DNA from: the human T2T-CHM13v2.0 reference genome, Homo sapiens
Length of the DNA stretch: 64,000 nt
Reading direction: 5' to 3' (one strand)
Assembly: GCF_009914755.1 (NCBI RefSeq)
Contig: NC_060947.1
Within the stretch, counting starts at the first letter, position 1. Every line of letters starts with the position of its first letter. Both the position numbers and the translations under genes were made by a program. Below the pieces are notes generated by a model. The model did no database searches, was not told where the DNA came from, and saw only the letters and a list, made by a program, of their open reading frames with translations. This document shows positions 59,436 to 64,000 of this stretch, piece after piece.

Positions 59436-62400
59436 ATTGCCCGGGTGCTGGGGGGAGTGGCTGAGGTTGCTGTTCCTGCCCGCTAGTAGCCATCACAGGG
59501 TCCACTTCTTTCTCGGACACTGGGACACTCTGAGTGAGGGCAGATGTTTCCTTGGCCAAAACTTTTGTCCCTGGGCTGGAGGAACTCAGGGAGGCCTCTA
59601 GACATTGTCCAGTCACCTTCTTGCCAACTGTCCTCTAGCACAGCATTCTCTTCTGCATTTTGTGTGATATTGTTTTGGCCTGGGTTTTAAGAAGTCCTAT
59701 TATCACTGCTATTCAAATCACAGAAAGGGATGCTCACCAGATGTTCCACTAACTAGTTTCCATGAGGTACATTCTTAGCCACTAGGTGAGCCTCTGCTTC
59801 AAGACTTTTGATTTCTTGATTAACTTCCCAAATGGGGTGAAACCCATTTGTCTCCTTAAATATGAGCCACTACATCCTTCTAAGCATGCAATACCAGAAT
59901 GAAGCATTACTGCATATTAGAATTAGCATTTTCTGTCTGAAGGGATTTAGTAGTTTCAAGAAAGAGTGGGATTGTTCAGTAGAACAGGCTTAAAGTAACA
60001 ATCTCCCATTAGCGTAGCACCTAAGGAACAGCCCACGCGAAAACCTCGGCAATGCTCAGATAACAACAGCGAAACGTACAGAAATGGGCTGGAAACAAAA
60101 AGAGGATTGTTCCTGGTTGTGGGACAGGTCTGGTGTTCCACACAGGTCTTGCTGTTGATAGAAAGCCGCCGGAAGCTTTCTGAGGTTCACCCAAGGCCGT
60201 CTGCCAGAGCTGCTGATAGAAAATGTAGAAGTTGTAACAAACCTTTCCATTCTTCTGGGTTGTAATCTGTGGTATTAACACAGAATATCTTTAGAGGGCT
60301 GGCAGCTCTTTCCTTCAAGATGTGGGGTTAAGAAGTTATGTGGTTTTACTCTTATTTTTCCTAGTGCAGTTCTCTTGACATCTTAAATTGAACAACCAAT
60401 ATGGAAATTTTAGGGTGGCAGGAGGTAGAGGTTGACAATAAACATCTCTAAAATGCCTTTTCCATTGTACTAGGTTCCTCATCTGAAGCTGTATCTTCTT
60501 CTTTTCTCTCCAGCCCATTTCTTTCAAAAGCACACCATAAAGAGCACCAGTTTACTTTGGGATGACATTTGACTGGTTATATGGGTGGCCTTCAGGTTTG
60601 ACACAATGGGCATTTAGAGGCCTTGACTTTGAATATATTGCGAACCTGGTGATGGAGCAGACAAGTCCTGGTGTGGGGGGCCTTGGCTGTGAACTTCACT
60701 TTGCCTGTTACTGGCTGTGTGACCCTCAGCAAATCACTTAACGTCCCTGAAGCTGAATGCAAAATGTAGAGGGTGCAAAAGTAAAGACTGTGAGTCTGTG
60801 CACTGAATTTTGATTTCATACTGCATAATAACTCATGTCCTTGTTTAGTCTCCTTGAGCAGTTACCTTTTCTATCATTTTATTTGTGATGTATGGTAAAG
60901 GCACTGTCTTGCACTCTTAATTAAAATTAAGACCAGAATAAGGCAGTTCTTTGGCAGTCACAGATCTTATGATTTTTTAAACGAACTGGAATACATCAAT
61001 ATTTTTAAAAAATACCAAATCATTGAGCACATCATCTACATTGGACCAAAGTTTTTTAGGGAAGTTTTAGAGAGAGAGAGTGTGCTCTCAAATAAATGAA
61101 TTTTACAGAAGTAAAAGAAGACATTTACTGTCCTTTGAAGTTTTTGTTGGATGAAAATGGATCACAATTGAAAAAATGGAGGTGTTGTGAAGCTATGACA
61201 GCTAAGAAAGTATAAGGTAGCCCTTCCATGAATATCCCAGTGAGTTACGAGCAGTGAGTGAGAAGGCCAGCCATTTTGATGGAAGTGGGGCTGGTTTTGA
61301 GGGACAAACAAAAGAGTTTTGAAAATGTACAATGGGTTTATATGCCTACTGTCACCATTCTTGCTATTGGCTCCCACGTTTTAGTAGCCACCAACTGGCC
61401 TGCTGGTACTGTGCTGGGAACTTTTTCTATTTTATTGCCAAATCTCCCGAGGACCCTCAGGTGATGTAGACTGTTAAAGTTTACCACCTTGATCATTTGG
61501 ATGAACTGTTTTGTGAAAGAAGGGATTTAATGAGAGCAGAATAAAAAGAAAAAATATGCCCACAGCTCAAACTTTAGTTCATGCTCACTTATTTTAACTT
61601 TTGGCATGGAATACTCTATAGTTAAAGATACGTGTACCTTTTAATAAAGATGTATAAATAAAGACTTCTGCTTTGTAGGAACAGACAAGGCAATGTGTAT
61701 TTGAGAAACCTACAAGTCTGTAACAGCCATTATGGAAGTGCCTGCAGGGTCAGGACACGTTGGCATTTAGGAGTGTCATTATTCACCATGCACGGTGTGC
61801 CTCTATCTGCTCTCCTCGGGGCAGAACTCAGGACTAGTGTTTATAAATATTTTATTTGTAGCTGATGGCAATCACAGCAATGCTGCCGAGCCCCAGAGCC
61901 CTATTCAAAGGGAGTCAATGGCTTCCTGCTTGTGTTGTTTGCCCTCTTCCTAGGCCATGGATGCTGATAGCTCAGGTTGACTCTGGTGCCGAGTTTTGCT
62001 TGAGTTGTGACATATTTGGCAAGGAATTTGTTAATGATAATAAAACACCAGAGTTGGCAAGTTATTTACTTTTTCTCCCATGAGTAAGGAGATTCTGTGT
62101 TATCCTGATAATAACAGTCACCGCAAACACCATATGCCAGGCCTCCTGCCAAGCAAGCTCTTACCTTGCATTTTCTCATTAAATCTCATGCCCATCCCAT
62201 GGGAGAAATATTTTTAGTGTCCCCATTTGAGACAGGAAGAAGCAGGTGGAAAGAGGGGAAGTGACTCACCCAGGTCCCACAGCCAGTGAGTGGCAGAGCT
62301 GGGTGCCACTCGCACCCACCAGCATGCCAGAGGTTCCTGTGAGCGGTAAGCAAGGGAGTTGGGGCTGGCAGTTAATGATCCAGGTTTTCAGGATAACATG

Positions 62401-63306
62401 GAGGGAAATGTTAGAACCAGAACCTGTGAACTGGGAGACTCGGAACCTGAAAGAAGCCAGTTGCTTTCCAGAGAAGGAATTCATTCCACTCTGGACCAAA
62501 ATTTCTCAAGTTCCTTAGCCTTAGGGCTTCCCATGCTGGAGCCTCAGGTGTAGGGGATGTGACAAAGGACATGCTCCAGAGGCCACCTCCCTTTGAAGGC
62601 AGAACCAAGTCTTGTTTTGTTCTGTGCTCTGCGTCCAGCCCCAGACCCAGGCCTGGTGTGTACAGGAGCTGGCTGGGAGGATGGAAGCTTGGAGGAAAGG
62701 TGGGAGGAAGGGGAGGAAGGAGGGAGGGAGGGACATTGCCATTTTCCCTGGATGAGTGTTTGGATTGAAGGAAAGAATTGAGGACTTGGTAGGAGAAAGA
62801 GTGAGTAATAAATTAGAACCAGAATGAAATCAGAGTTATAGGAGACAGAAAAGGTTTCCAGCTTTTGTACAAAGCACCATTATCGAAAGCTCACTACTTC
62901 TTGCTGTGTCCCATATATTCTCCCTGTACACAGATCTCATTCATATGTTTATTTAACAAAGATTTTGACCACTAACCTGGAGATAAACAAAACATGTCCT
63001 CTTTTCAGAGAGAGGAATTTACAGTCTCGGGAAATTACTCAAGCAAGCAATCTTGTTGCGCAATCATTAGCGGAGGACGTGGGCATCCTGTCTCGGACGT
63101 CTTCACCTGCCCAGGGTGCTCCTGAGCAAAGGGTGTTGTATCGACCAGAAGGAGGGACGCTTCCGTGGGGTCTTTCTTTTTCTTAGCCAAAACATTACTT
63201 TAACTGTTTCCACCTCTCTATGAAGCTTTTGGGTTTTCGTAGTTGTATGTTTAATGGAATGCTAGGATCTCATGTGAAATGACATTGATTTTTCTGTTTT
63301 AACTAG

Positions 63307-63436
63307 GATTGATCGGAAGATGTCAAGTACTCACACCAGCTACAAACTGGATGAGGCGCAGGCTATCATGAGTGAGCTCCGGACCATCAAGAAGGCCATT
63401 TGCACAGGCGAGAAGGAGAGGCGGGACCTGATGCAT
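63307..63436 (+). CDS. WWC3: WWC3 coding exon ('exon 6', 130 nt): (E)IDRKMSSTHTSYKLDEAQAIMSELRTIKKAICTGEKERRDLMH
   Basis: Acceptor ttttctgttttaactag|G and donor CAT|gtaagc. The SYKLDEAQA and IKKAI..GEKE motifs are shared with KIBRA. Overlaps ORF 63320..63541. Confidence 0.95.
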
Positions 63437-63603
63437 GTAAGCTGCCTGCCTGCTCATGTGTTTTATTTTAAGATGTTTTTAATATACTTATGTATTACAT
63501 GTTATATAGTTATTGTATATATAACATATATGTGTATATAATACACACACACACACACATGCATACATACATACGCACCCCCCACTGTATTTAAGTACGT
63601 ATA

Positions 63604-63743
63604 TAGTCATCCCTCTGTATCCTTGGGGGATTGGTTCCAAGACACACCCCCATCCCTCAGGATACCAAAATCATTGGATGGTCAAGTCCCTTATATAAAA
63701 TGGTGTAGTATTTGCATATAACCTGCACAGTCCTCCTGTATAC
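63604..63743 (+). mobile_element. MER2 5' part, interrupted by an Alu
   Basis: agtcatccctctgtatccttgggggattggttcca ... caagtcccttatataaaatggtgtagtatttgcatataacct. Confidence 0.85.
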
Positions 63744-64000
63744 TTTTCTTTTTTTTTTTGGAGACAGGATCTCTGTCACCTAGGCTTGAGTACAATAGCA
63801 CAAAAATGGCTCACTGTAGCCTTGACCTCCCAGGCTCAAGCCATCCTCTCACCTCAGCTTCTAGAGTAGCTGGGACCACAGGTGCGCACCATCATGCCTG
63901 GCTAATTTTTATATTTTTAGTAGAGACAGGGTCTCACCGTGTTGGCCATGCTGGTCTCAAACTCCTGGCCTCGAGCGATCCTCCCGTCTCGGCCTCCCAA
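63744..64000 (-). mobile_element. Alu (AluJ-like), runs off the end of the window
   Basis: Poly-T plus Alu consensus up to ggcctcccaa. Confidence 0.92.

Overview
Human-type (primate) genomic DNA from inside the WWC3 gene (KIBRA/WWC family Hippo-pathway scaffold, X chromosome), transcribed on the + strand. Five internal coding exons splice GT-AG into one open frame: 35982-36091, 39822-40025, 51334-51410, 52260-52339 and 63307-63436. They encode the second WW domain and the following coiled coils. The WW1-encoding exon lies upstream of the window. The rest is intron: about 27 Alu copies or monomers, old L1M/L2/MIR fragments, MaLR and MER21 LTRs, hAT/Tigger DNA transposon fossils, microsatellites and a Y3 RNA retrocopy. 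Almost all ORFs in the supplied track are spurious or Alu-derived. I cannot demonstrate a new biological system. The best leads are: (i) a non-Alu inverted copy of about 172 bp pasted into an L1 fossil, within a local cluster of fold-back and duplication scars at 7.4-10.6 kb; (ii) a candidate alternative last exon at 44672; (iii) a stop-free 471-nt exon 2-5 circle bracketed by inverted Alus; (iv) a poison upstream acceptor before exon 5. Repeat family names come from recalled consensus sequences, their boundaries are approximate, and exon numbers are inferred from KIBRA homology.
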